A stretch of DNA of 64,000 bases from Phaeosaccion multiseriatum (lineage: Eukaryota > Protista > Ochrophyta, other classes). Below the pieces are notes generated by a model, which was not told where the DNA came from, searched no databases, and was given only the letters and a program-made list of their open reading frames with translations. The stretch is from NCBI GenBank assembly GCA_965112735.1, contig OZ218950.1, forward strand, positions 4,464,001 to 4,528,000, read 5' to 3'. Positions 38,001-49,970 of the stretch are shown here, piece after piece (position 1 is the first letter of the stretch; each line of letters begins with the position of its first letter). The translations under genes were made by a program, and so were the position numbers.

Positions 38001-38532
38001 CTCGATGAGCCCACCAATGTGAGTGAGGAGTTGAGATAGTGAATCAGTGAATCAGTGAGTCAGGGGAGGGTGAAGGCTGGAGGCTGGAGGATCCGATGGG
38101 TGTCGCAGTCCCCTGTCGTCCGTGAAGACTTTGGGCCTCTCCTGCTGCCCCTTGCATCGTTTCCGGTCTTTCTGTGCGCTCTTCTCAATCAATTTCTCGT
38201 CCTCCTTCCTTCCTCCTTCCTTCCCTCCCCCCCCCCCCTTCATTCCTTCGGTCCCTGTGTATCGCACTTTGCTTTGTGCGTCGTCAAAGCACCTCGATAT
38301 GGAAACCATCGACGCTCTCATCGGAGCCCTGAAGGAGTTTGGAGGAGCCGTTCTAGTGGTGTCACACGACCAACACTTTATCAGTCAAGTGTGCAACGAG
38401 ATTTGGGTGGTCGGCGGCGGAAAGGTGGCAGCATGGAAGGGCGACTTTGATGACTATAAGCGGGCTGCGTTACTGAGCGTGGGCAAGAAGCTCAAGGGCT
38501 TAGAGAACGAGCAAGGGGGTTCAAAGCGTTGA
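33786..38532 (+). CDS. ABC-F family translation factor (ABCF3/GCN20-like), multi-exon
   Basis: N-terminal [12 protein letters not shown] domain. ABC1: [12 protein letters not shown]|[29 protein letters not shown]|[14 protein letters not shown]. Linker [25 protein letters not shown]2: [29 protein letters not shown]|[11 protein letters not shown]. No TM domains. Confidence 0.93.
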
Positions 38533-38867
38533 GAGGACACACGCGGATGATGAGTGTCCTTCCGTCTCTCTCTCCCTCTCTGTGAAGACACGTCCTGTCT
38601 TAAAATCTCAAGTGTTTGATCAAAAGCAGTTGAGCAGTAGCACTGCGCAATCGCGATCCAAGCCCCCGTCCCCCTGCTGAGGAGAAGGAGACACCTTCGA
38701 GACTGGGGGTCACAGATTTGAGTGAATGAAAATGGACCAGGGTTGACCCGTCTTAAAAAGTTTCACAAGTCTTTCATCGCTACGACACCTATCCTAAGGA
38801 ATGGAATGCCTTCCAATATACACATGCATACACCCACTCCACCCCACCCCACTCCTCCTCAAAGGGC

Positions 38868-41207
38868 TCAAAGGCTGGTTTCCAACGTAGTGGGGCCTTT
38901 GTAAGTCTGATGATGGGGAAGAACGTTCCTCACCTTGGACCCCCCTGCCACCCCGGCCATCCTGCTCGCCTTGCCCTTCTTGCGCCCGGCGCTGACTTTG
39001 GCGGCAAAGAAATCCTTCCCCCCCGGCGGCTGCCCCGCTTCCAACCCCTCCTCCCCCTGGGTCTCGTAGGGTCGAGGATTCCTCATCTTCTTGTGCTTCT
39101 TGCCCCACTTCTTGAGCCCCTTCTCCTTGAGTGTAGGAGGAGCCACGGCCTTGGCTGCCCTAGCGCGCTCCTCCTTCCTCGCCTCAAAATCGGCAGCCGC
39201 CTGCATGGTCTCACTGAAGGTCGCCTCTGCATCGTCGTATGCCATTGCCTCTGGTGCCGCCGCTCCTCCGGGGCCGTGGTGGTACAAGCCAAGCTTCTTC
39301 TGCCGCTCCAGCAGCTTTTGGTTGAGCTTTTCCCCCCGTAGCGCCGTCTTGTTTGTCTCCCGAAGGAACGTCGTAACCTGCTCCTCTGTCAACCCACCCT
39401 CCTCCATCCCCTCGTCCGTGCCCTCCTGTGGTGGGGGGTGCGCAAAGAGCAGCTTCCCTGCCGTGTAGTCTTTCAGCACCGCCCTCGCGGCTCTGGGTTC
39501 GTCTGGTTCTCCTTTGGAACCTCCCCGAATGAAACATCTCGAGTGCGCGTAGGTGCTCAGTAGTTGCATGGGGGGGAGGGGAGGAAGCCTCTTTTCGGCG
39601 CCCGTGACCACGTCCCTGCCTAAACTCTCCCACCCCTCGCTACCATCCACACCCCTTCCGGCACCGGAGGCAGCACCGCCGCCCTCCCCGGAGCTGAGAG
39701 GAGCGAGAGGAGTGGTGTGGGCGTCGAGCAGGGGAAGCTTGATTGTGTACGTCAGCTCCAGAATGCTCCGAGGTATCCGCCGACAGAGCAGCGCCACAGA
39801 GGGCATGGCGTCTCTCAGCTGCATGATGGGCAGCACACCACCGCACACCATCTCTGCAGCCGACCCCACGAAGGAAGGGAAGACGAGACCGGGGCAGTCG
39901 CACAGCTGCAGAGTGTCGCTGAGCACCAGCGTCTGAAAGTGCTTGGTCTTGCCTGGGGTGGCTGCCACGGAAACACGCGTAACGCCGTGCGAGAAGGGGG
40001 TAGCGCCCACCAACACGTTGATCACTGAACTCTTCCCCACGTTTGGGTAGCCCACGCATCCAATGCACGCCCGGCCCTGATTGCGCTCCGTGTTGAGCTT
40101 GGTGGACAGGGTCCGCGTCAAGTGCTCTAGGACGGTGGCCAGCTCATCTCGGCTGAGGATTCTGCTGTACCGCCGCATCTCTTCCTCCGCCTCAGGTGTG
40201 GCTTCCCGTTCTTCGTCGGGAATATCTTGCTCCTCCTCCACATCCAGCTCTTGTCTAGCTGCCTCTTCCTCCGTCACGGCCCCTGCACCAGAAGGCCCGG
40301 CCGCAGCTTCCTTTGAAGCTACAGTGTCATCACTCACGACTCCCCCCCCTTCCTCTCCTTCCTCTCCTTCCTCCTCCTCCTCCTCCTCCTCTTCTTCTTC
40401 TTCTCCTTCTTCTTCTTGCTCCTCGTCCTCCTCTCCCCCAAGCCCGCGTTCCTGCCTCGCTTCTTCATTCAGCTTGTTTTGGCTCTGAATCGCTGAAAAG
40501 AAGATGAATTGCTTGCCCTTTTTCAGAAAGTAACGCGCCCACATTCTTCGCTGTCGCAACGTCAGGAAGTCACTCTTGTTGATCAACATCACCACCGGCT
40601 TGGGCGGGTCCGACTCTCCCGCATACGCTACCAAGTCCTCTTGGTAGTAAAACAGGGGGTTCCGAGCGTCTACGATTTGCACCAGCAAATCACTTCGCTC
40701 CATTACCCTCCACAGCTGCCGCCACACCTCCAGATTCTTCTCAAACGGCGTCACCGTGACATCCTCCCGCTCCTCCTCCGTCTCCGCAATCTTCCTCCGC
40801 CAGTCCAGAAAGTCAGACCTCTCTGCCCGGTCCAGCTCCTCCGCAGTCATGCCTTCGTCCCACTGCGGCCTCCTCGGCACCCCCATCTGCTCAAACACAA
40901 ACTCCTCCGCCTCCTCCCTGTCCACAAAGCCGTCCCCTTCCCTCACGTGCAGATTGCGGCCCTCCCTGTCCAGCACCACCGTGTACGCCGGCTCCGACTC
41001 AAACTCTCGCTCCGCCATGATGGCCGCGGCGATAAAGTCATCCAGATTGGAGCTCTCCAACACGGACACCATCTTCCCTCTTGCCCCGGAGCCATCCGCA
41101 TCTATGCTGTTGGCCTTGGCCGCAATTGCAGCCCGGTTGACAACCTGCTTCCGGATGAGGGACTTGCCGAGCGCCTCCACAGACTTCTTGGGCCGGCCCT
41201 TCCCCAT
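38868..41207 (-). CDS. LSG1: Large-subunit GTPase 1 (circularly permuted GTPase), intronless
   Basis: MGKGRPKK...LGKSLIR, VPRRPQW, FLDWRR, TPFEKNLEVWRQLWRVMERSDLLVQIVDARNPL, INKSD, VGYPNVGKSSVIN, VAATPGKTKHFQT, LCDCPGLVFPSF, RAARAVLKDYTAGKLLF. Confidence 0.95.
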   Translation of the reverse strand: MGKGRPKKSVEALGKSLIRKQVVNRAAIAAKANSIDADGSGARGKMVSVLESSNLDDFIAAAIMAEREFESEPAYTVVLDREGRNLHVREGDGFVDREEAEEFVFEQMGVPRRPQWDEGMTAEELDRAERSDFLDWRRKIAETEEEREDVTVTPFEKNLEVWRQLWRVMERSDLLVQIVDARNPLFYYQEDLVAYAGESDPPKPVVMLINKSDFLTLRQRRMWARYFLKKGKQFIFFSAIQSQNKLNEEARQERGLGGEEDEEQEEEGEEEEEEEEEEEEGEEGEEGGGVVSDDTVASKEAAAGPSGAGAVTEEEAARQELDVEEEQDIPDEEREATPEAEEEMRRYSRILSRDELATVLEHLTRTLSTKLNTERNQGRACIGCVGYPNVGKSSVINVLVGATPFSHGVTRVSVAATPGKTKHFQTLVLSDTLQLCDCPGLVFPSFVGSAAEMVCGGVLPIMQLRDAMPSVALLCRRIPRSILELTYTIKLPLLDAHTTPLAPLSSGEGGGAASGAGRGVDGSEGWESLGRDVVTGAEKRLPPLPPMQLLSTYAHSRCFIRGGSKGEPDEPRAARAVLKDYTAGKLLFAHPPPQEGTDEGMEEGGLTEEQVTTFLRETNKTALRGEKLNQKLLERQKKLGLYHHGPGGAAAPEAMAYDDAEATFSETMQAAADFEARKEERARAAKAVAPPTLKEKGLKKWGKKHKKMRNPRPYETQGEEGLEAGQPPGGKDFFAAKVSAGRKKGKASRMAGVAGGSKVRNVLPHHQTYKGPTTLETSL

Positions 41208-41598
41208 GGCTGCTAGATCAGACTCGACGAGAACGTCACACCAAGCTGTCCTCCTCGAAAGGGTCGCTACGAACACCCGACGGCCAAGCCTCTTCCTTTC
41301 TTTTTCTTCTCCCCGCTGTGCTCCAGAGCCGTGGCCTTCGGACTCCACCTGAAACTAAAACTGAATTGGCGGGGATGGGGGGGAATCGGGATGGGGCATA
41401 TCAAGGGAAAGAAGAAGTGGCGAAAAAATTACCTCCAAACGAGAGCGAGTATTTGCATTAGAGGTCTCTAATAGCTGAGTAGCTGCAATAAGCCTGCTGC
41501 TATCCGCTCTTGCTCCACCCCCCTGCACTGTCACCCCCGCCAAAGCCCTCCCTTATCAGCACGTTTGTTTTTTGGGAGTAGGCAAAGATCCAAAGCCC

Positions 41599-43052
41599 AT
41601 GGGGAGGAAAGGATTGAGTGTTGAGGAGAAGAGAGTGAAGCTTCTCGGTCTCTACCATGAGACAAAGCTCGTGTACAATCTCAAGGAATTGGAGAAGGCC
41701 GGCTCCAAGGTAAAGGAGTGAGTTTCTATGAAGAGGGGGGGGAAGGGGGAATTTGGTCGATCCCTCATCCCCTCCCCTCTTTCTGCACCCCTTCCCCCAC
41801 TCCATTTCTTCGACTGGCGCAGACTGGAGTCGTCACCCAGACGATCAAGGTAAGCGGCTAGGCCGGGGAAGAGGGCAGGGTGGCGTGGGGGTAGCATTTG
41901 CCACCAACGTCTAAGTGCAGAGGTGCTTCGTCTTGGGATGATTCCTTACTTCTCCTATGCCCCATCAGGACATCAACCAGGAGCTGATATCCGATGGGCT
42001 GGTGGACCAGGACAAGATTGGGAGCGGCAACTTTTACTGGTCCTTCCCAAGCAAGGCCCTCGTGAAGAAGCAAAACGATGTAAGCCTTGTGTGGTGGGTG
42101 AGAGGCTTTTCCGTCGAAAGACGAGACATCTGTGCCCTGTGAATCCTACTTTCCTTATTACTGCTTGCTGCTGCTGCTGCTGCTGCTGCTGCTAGGTGAC
42201 TGCCCGAGAGCTCCAGCTGGAGCAGGCTGTGGAGCAGCGAGAGGGCCTCAAGCGGAAGGCGGAGGAGCTGCGGGCAGATGGGAGGCGGGAGAGCGAGGAG
42301 AGGACAAGAAAGCTCCGCACCCTCCAGGCCCTGCAGGAGAAGGAAGCTGAGCTAGAGCGGTGAGAGTTTTCTCTCTGTGTATGTGTGTTTGCTCGATGAA
42401 AGAGTAGTGGACGAGCAGTGTGGCTTGTGGAGCGACTTAGAATCTTTTGTCCTTAGCTGTGGGGCAGCATGGACCGGAATCCGCTTCCCTCTCACTTGTG
42501 CTTCGTATTGACCCTAACTTGTAACCCCCTCGTCCACTCTCCGTCTCGGCGTCCTCCATCTATCCATCTTTGTATCATGCGTGTGTTGTCCTCAATCAAT
42601 CAAGCGAGGGAGACACGCTGAGGGACAACGACCCAGCAGAGCTGGAGAGGATCCGTGCCATGGTGGAGGAGGCGAGGCGGGGCGCCAATAGGTCGGGCAC
42701 CAGGCACCTCCCTTTGCTGCATGCTCTGTATCGACACCTCTATGTTCCATACCAACTCCTCTCTAGGCTCGAAACCGTCTGCTCTATTTTCTGCAGTCGA
42801 CGCCTCCTCTTGACTGCTGGTGCTCTGCTCTCGTCTTATCTTGTCTTGAACTGCTGCTGCTCTTCTCATGTCTGTGGTACTTCTGGTGCTCCATTCTTCT
42901 CATGCCCTTCCTGCTTTGCTGGTGCTCTGCTCTTGCACAGATGGACCGACAACACCTGGGCCATGAAGAAGTACATCGTGCAGAAGCTCGGCAAGACCGG
43001 CAAGGAGGTGGACGCTTGGCTGCAGATGAAGGAGAGCTTTGACTACGTGTAG
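41599..43052 (+). CDS. MND1: Meiotic nuclear division protein 1 (6 exons)
   Basis: MGRKGLSVEEKRVKLLGLYHETKLVYNLKELEKAGSK|TGVVTQTIK|DINQELISDGLVDQDKIGSGNFYWSFPS|coiled coil|RDNDP...ANR|WTDNTW...FDYV-TAG, all joined by GT-AG introns. Confidence 0.92.
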
Positions 43053-44359
43053 CAAGAGGGCACAGGGGAGAGGAAAGGGAGAGGGCCATTGATCATCAGT
43101 TGTTCGTATGCGCACTGATGAAGCCAAGTGCGGGACAGGATGGATCGGCGCCCTCCGTCGTTGCCACCCACAGCCACTTCACCCCTCCCCCCCATCCACT
43201 GCTCCAGCAGCAGCAAGTAACAGGCCAGCAGCAGCAGCGAGCAGCAGAGCAGCAGTAGTAGCAAAGTTGTCATGTGGCACCTGCAGCAGAAGCAAGTACA
43301 TGTTGGCGGCAAAGAGCATCAGCAGCACCCAGTCAAGCGGCACCCAGTCAAGAGGGGGGAGCCCGCAACAACATCAGCACCAGTAGCAGTAGCAGTAGTA
43401 TCGCGGGGCGCCTTTTATTATTGACACACACACACACCCCAGGGACAGGGACGCTGTGGTAGGGAGGAAAGAGGCCCCTTTGGCTTCGTCCAGCACTCAC
43501 ACAGCGGTGTTCGGGAAGGAGGGCTGACTTGCAAGGACCTAAGCACGCCGAGGCTGCTTTCTCGTTCCTGCCATGCTCTACTGCTACTGCTGCTGCTGCT
43601 GCTGCTGTTGCTGCTGCCTACAAGAAGGGCTGAGAGGGAACGACAAAGAATAGCGCAGTGGACGGGAAGGGAGGCGATGAGGCAGGGCCTTGGGATGCGA
43701 GGCGAGGCGAGGCCGTATGACGCTATGACCGGACCGGAGAACAGCCATGAACACACGTGTACACACAATCACTTGATGCTGCCGTCGGAGAATGCTCGTT
43801 CTCAGCATGGATTGCATACTTTGCTCTCAATCATTGAATGTACTATTTCGACCGGTTGTTTCTTGTTCCCGACCCCCTGCTGTTGAAGACGCCGAAGCTC
43901 TTGCCCTCCCACGCACCCCCTTCTCGCCCATCTCCCCTCTTCCCCGTCATACACGAGTACACTGCACATACCACCAAAGAAGCGCTAACGCGAGCAACGT
44001 ATGTACTTGCACGCATATAGCAACTAACAGACATCACATGAAAAACACTACAAGGCACGACGAGGCTGCGATTCGCGGACCACAAAGAAGGAGGGGGCCC
44101 ACCCACCTCCCCGTCTACCATCGCCCTCCCCCGGGGGTTACCAAACCCACCCCCTCTCTACAACCTCTAGGGTTTACGTGCGCCGACGGAGGAGGCCGAG
44201 GGTCAGCTCGTCTGCCTCTCTCCCTCCCTCCCTCCCTCCCTCCCCATCTCCCTCCCACACCTCCAGAGATCGATCAGCCTCTTCCCTTCTGAGACTCTCA
44301 GACTTGCGCTTTCCGTCTTCGGGTGAGGAGGAGCACAGCCAGTGGAGCGGGATAGTTCG

Positions 44360-45387
44360 CTAGTCCTCCGTCCACAGGAGAAGCCGTCGCATGTTGAGGT
44401 CTGGGGCTTTCCACCGCCCGCCCTGAGGCTCCCTCGCAGATGTTGCGGCCGTCGCAGCGACCCCCCCTACTTCTCCTCCACCAATAGTGCTGCTGCTAGT
44501 ACTATGAGTCACCCCATCCTTGTCTCTCCGCCGCACCCCCGCGTGTTCCATGAGTCCCTCTCGCATGAGGGGTCTCACCTCCGGCCCGGTGAGGGGTGCG
44601 TCGCCGTGCGCACCGATGAATATCTTTGCATCCCACCTAGGACCATGGTACGTGTGTGACACCCACCAGAGAGAGAGAGAGAGAAAGAGAGAAGCGAGAC
44701 AGAGAGAGGGAGAGAGACAGAGAGACAGAGAGAGACGTTAGGATTAGCACTCACTCACTCCCTCACTCTCACTTACTCACTTCCTCCCTCACTCACTCCC
44801 TCACTCACTCACTCACTCACTCACTCACTCACTCACTCACTCACTCACTCACTCACTCACTCACTCACTCACTCACTCACTCACTCACTCACTCACTCAC
44901 TCACTCACTCACTCACTTATTTACTCACTCACTCGCTCACTCGCTCACTCACTCAATCACTGCACTCGCTCGCTCACTCACCCACTTACTCACTCACTCA
45001 CTTACTCGCTCACTCGCTCACTCACTGAGTCACACACACTAACTCACTCAGTGCCTCCCTCCCTCCCTCCATTCCTCACTCAGTCACTCAGTCACTCAGT
45101 CACTTCGTCACTCAGTCACTCAGTCACTCAGTCACTCACATCAGGATCTTTCTCGTAAACTCTTTCTTGTTGCTGGTGTTTCCGCCTAGCTCCAACAACA
45201 CTCGCATGGGCGCGAAAACGTTGAGGCTGTCCTGCTTGAGTAGCCTCACCGCGGTCTTGGTTAGCCTACGCTGTCCCGTGTAACGTGCCTGTGAGAGCTG
45301 AAACATTGTATCTGAGGCCATGACCGTTCCGGAGGGGCGGTGGAAGAGCACCGCGTCCTTGAAAACGGGCAAGTCCTGTTCGTGCGT

Positions 45388-45456
<69 letters not shown>

Positions 45457-45514
45457 CCAAGAAGTAGGCCGTATGCCATAGGATAGCAGGCTACGAATGG
45501 GTTACCCCCCCTTC

Positions 45515-45564
<50 letters not shown>

Positions 45565-47135
45565 CTCTCTCGCGACGTTTCACCTATACGACCTGCCTAC
45601 CTGCCTACCTGCCTGCCCCACTATCCACCTCTTTTACCTGAATGACGGCCACGTCGACTTCGCCGCCCCAGGCCTGTGGGCAGACGCCGTGCTCAAGAAG
45701 GCTCTGGCTCTCTGCCCCGACCCCCGCCACCAGATTGTGCACTCCGCTGACATTCCACACGTGAGCCTCGGGGAAGCGGCGGCTCCAGTGGCGGAGAAAC
45801 GCCCTGAAGGGGGGGGGGGGTTGTGGAGGGGAGAGGGGGAGGGGAGGAGGGGAGGAATGAAGTTAAGTATGGTTGGTTGGGTTTATTACCTTTGATTCTC
45901 TCACGAAAGCGCTCCCTCCCTCCCTCCCTCCCTCCCTCCCTCCCTCCCTCCCTCACTCACTCACTCACGCACGCACGCACTCACCAATGCTCCGGCGAGC
46001 GACTGCCGCACACGAGGTGCATGTTGTCGGCCCGCAGCGCCTTTCTCCCGAAGGTGTCCAGCAGCATCTGCAGCAGCTCGATGGTCGGGGCGACGGGGCT
46101 GTGCAGGAGAAGCTGTTGTGGTGGTCGAAGGGAGGAGGAGGGGGGAGGGGCAGCAGTAGCAGCGACAGCAGCACCAGCGGCAGCAGCAGTAAAGACGGCA
46201 CAATAAGAGAATAGATCGGACGGAAAGAGTGGGGGGGAAGAACCGAGACAAACGACCAACACACACACACACACGCGCGCGCACACGCACGTACACATAT
46301 GCATGATGTGCACGCACGTACCTTGCCCGATTTGAGCTTTATCACCGTCATCCTAAGTCCAGCACCACCGCTCCTCTTGGTGTTGAAGAAATCCTGCTCG
46401 AAGGTGTGCACAGAGCTCGTGACCTGTGTGTCAGGTGCATTGTTTAGTGCGGCGGAGTAGAGGTGTGAGCGTTGGAAAATGAATGACTATGGAGGCAAAA
46501 GGAAGGGACGCCAACCCAAAACCTCCGCTTTACTTTGAGCCAGTGTTCTCAGTTCTGTCTTTGCGCATTGTTCTACCACTCACCTCGATGTGACGAGTCG
46601 GTCTGCTCTTGCCGAAAAGCGGCGACGGAGCGTTGCTAAAGTTCTGCTGCCGCTGCCTGTCAATGCCGTCGAGCCACGCCGCTCGCAGCAAATCTGCCTT
46701 CAGACCCTCTCGCTTGTTCAGAATATCCATCCTCGATGACCACAGTTTCTTCATTCCCCCATTAACGCCCCAACCGAGCTCTTGAGTTTTCAGCATGGAT
46801 GCATGCGGCTGACTCCCCGAAGACCGGCGTGTTCGCTGTCTCCTTTCTCTCCGTCTCTGCCAGTGTCGCGCCGTAAAGATGGTCATTCCCCACCTCCTTG
46901 GGGCGTCACCGGTCTGTAGCACGTCCTCAGCCGGGCTAGCAGTGCCAGAAGCACTATCAGCGACAGAACCACTGGGAGACGAGGCTCTCAGTGAACTTTC
47001 GTCGAGGCGATTAGCCCCACTCAAGTACACGTTGCCGGTGAAGAGGAAGGCAGTGGAGTGCAGCGCGACGCTACAAAGTACTATCACCAGCGCATAAAGT
47101 CCCGCAGCTCTGCTGGAAGCAGCCCTTGGTATCAT
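44360..47135 (-). CDS. DUF4336-family (metallo-beta-lactamase-like fold) protein, probably plastid-targeted
   Basis: Signal peptide ...VALHSTA|F, then HTFEQ...LRMTVIKLKSGK|LLLHSPVAPT, SPEHW|AFL...FPEAHVW, FKDAVLFHRPSGTVMASD, ILM|WDAKIFIGAHGD. Confidence 0.75.
44790..45137. repeat. Long (TCAC)n/(TCAGTCAC)n microsatellite in a DUF4336 intron, representative of many intronic SSRs in the window
   Basis: More than 25 contiguous tcac units plus degenerate continuation. It reads (GAGT)n from the donor site on the transcribed strand. Confidence 0.9.
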
Positions 47136-47640
47136 CCTCTTGCTTTGAGAGGGAGATCAAATGTGGAGCGAAGTGTGCTTGTTTTTTTTTTCAGGCGTTT
47201 CTTCCTGGATCTTCCCTCCTCTCTTATCGTTCCTGATTTTGTGCTGTGTCTATGCTGAATACTATGTCGAAGGCTCCTCACATGCTTTCCGTCATCTTAA
47301 GCGCTCGTCCTTGTGTTATTTCTGTATGTAAAGAAAGAGAAAAAAAAAAGAGAGGAAAGAAATCGATTCTCGGCGAAATCCAATAGAGTGCCATCCAAAT
47401 TTGAGTTTCACCCGCGAGGCCACTCACGTTCGTTCTCAGGCAAGATCCCAGTTATTAGACAAAAAACCCCAAAAAAAGAAAAGGGAAAGACAAATACAAG
47501 CAATGGTTAGATGCACTGCACTTAGGCCTGCTGCAGTGCCTCGATAGTGAGAGAGTCGATCCGATGATACGCATTTGCCACTACTAGGGCCATCCTAAGG
47601 CAGCCCCTGACAGTCCAGTGCCAGGACCAGGATAAGCGCG

Positions 47641-49872
47641 ATGGCGCAGCAGCTGGTGGGCCTGCGAAGGGGGGGGAGGAGGCTTGTGCAGAGCTGGGAG
47701 CGCGCCTTATGTCAGCAGCAGCACCAGCTTTTTTCGCGGCATCGGCAGTCTTATTCGAGCCAAGGGCTCCTTCTTCCAGGCAAGAACAACCATGCTCAAC
47801 GTAGTAGCAGCACCACTACGAGCAGCGGCAGTAGTAGCAACAGCAGCAGCAGAAGCAGTAGTAGTAACAGTAGTAGTACCATAAGTAGTAGTACTAGTAG
47901 TAGTACTGGCAGCAGGAGCAGGACGATCCACCATCGACTCTCGGCATGCAGTAGCGGGGCGGAGGCGGCGCTTGGCCAACAGGATGACGAGGAGCACAGG
48001 CAGGGACAAGGCCGGGTTCACCGCCGCCACGCTGCCCCCTTGCACGCACAAAAGAGGTGGCTGCGCACGTCCTCGCCCTGGCTTGAGAAGGAGCCAAAGC
48101 AAGGAGGGTCTTCAAAGTGGACGCTACTGCGCCCACAGAAGAACGAGCTGGAAGCGCTGCAACAAGACTCTCAAAGCAAACAGGGCATCAAGGAGCTCAA
48201 CGAGGAGTACAAGCTGTATCTCCGCGCTGTGAAGGAGCCAAAGAAGACGCAAAAGGAGATCCAAAAGGGGCGCGAGCTCATCCCGCAGGAGCCCACCACG
48301 GCAGGCAAGATTAAGGCGGTCATGTTCAAAGTGCCTGGCATGACCTACCGTGGAGCGGCAGTCGTGGTCAGCTTCATGTGGGCGGTGATAAAGAACCCCA
48401 TGCTGCTGAGGGAGAAGTGGGGGGACCTGGTCAAGGGCATTAAGGACATGCTGCATCACTACAAGATCGGCTCCAAGCTGCTGTGGAACGACATCAAGAC
48501 GGCCAAGAAAATCATTGCCAGGTGAGAGAGTGAGTGATTGAGTGAGTGAGTGAGTGAGTGAGTGGGGGGAAAGGAGTGGTGGAAGAGTTTGATCGCGACA
48601 GGTGCGTTGCGTCCCTGGTGATTCGAGAGGAAAGAGGTGCAAGGACTGGCAGGATAAGACGGGCGAGCAAGAGGAAGGGAGGAAGAGGGCCGGGAGGCAA
48701 CGCTTCCCCACGTGCGTGCGTGTGTGTACAAAGGATACGATGGCGATATGTCCAGATACCTTCTCTTCATGCACACATGCACGCACCGCTCGCCCCCCAT
48801 CCCCACCTCCCCGCCCTCTCTTGCTCTCGCACAGACTTCTCACGGGCCACGCCCTCTCTCGACGAGAGCGTAAGCAGCTCCTCCGTACGGCGGCAGACAT
48901 ATTCCGCATGGTGCCATTGGCTGCCTTCTTCCTCGTGCCCTTCCTGGAGCTGCTGCTGCCTCTGGCGCTCAAGGTGTTCCCGAACATGCTGCCCTCCACC
49001 TTCCAGGACCTGCTCAAGAAGGAGGAGGACATGAAGAAGCAGCTCAGGATGAGGCTGGCCATGGCGGGCTTCCTTCAGGTGTGTGTGTGTGTGTGACAAA
49101 TGTTGTTGCCTCTCGAACACAAACACCGCCTGTCCTGCCTCAGTAGCCCTAGCCCCTTATGTTAACACGTCTTCATGGCTGTTCGCCCTCTTTTGCTCTT
49201 TGAGCAGGAGACGCTGGAAGAGATGGCAAGGGCAAAGCACAACAGAGTAAAGAAGACAGAGGAGGAGGGGGGGGAGCAGGACGCGGAGGACCAGAGCAGC
49301 AGTGCGAAGGAGCTCATGAGCTTCATCGAGAAGGCCAAGATGGGCAACATGGAGAACGAGGCCATCACGCGCTTCGCCAGGCTCTTCAAGGTGAGAGGCG
49401 CTGGTATTCCTTGTGTGTGTGCGTGCATCCGTGTGTGCGTGTGTGTGCGTTTGTGCGCGCACGCGGGAAAATGTGGAGCTTCAGATAATGAAAGGAAAGG
49501 GGGTTTCCCCAAGAGAGTCCACATAAGCGGGTGGGAGGTGCCATGAACCAAAGCGAGAATTGCGGCTGTGCGCTAGTGTGGTGGCTGTGGATGCGCCCAC
49601 GGAAAGGACGTCTCCTCTTTCTCACAAATTGCCCTCTCTCTCTTCTCTACCTCTCCTCCGTCTCTTCGTTGTGTTGCTTCCTTAGGACGAGCTCATGCTG
49701 GACAATCTTCCGCGTGCGCAACTCGTCAACCTTTGCCGTTTCATGGCGCTACAGCCCTTCGGCAGTGACAACTTCCTGCGCTTTCAGGTGTGTGTGTGCG
49801 TAAGTTTTCGTGCGTAAGTGTGTGCGTACCAATCTCCGGCTCAGAGGGGTGCAATGGAACAGGTTGTTCAGG

Positions 49873-49909
<37 letters not shown>

Positions 49910-49936
49910 CGTTGTTGTTGTTGCTGTTGTTGTTGC

Positions 49937-49970
<34 letters not shown>

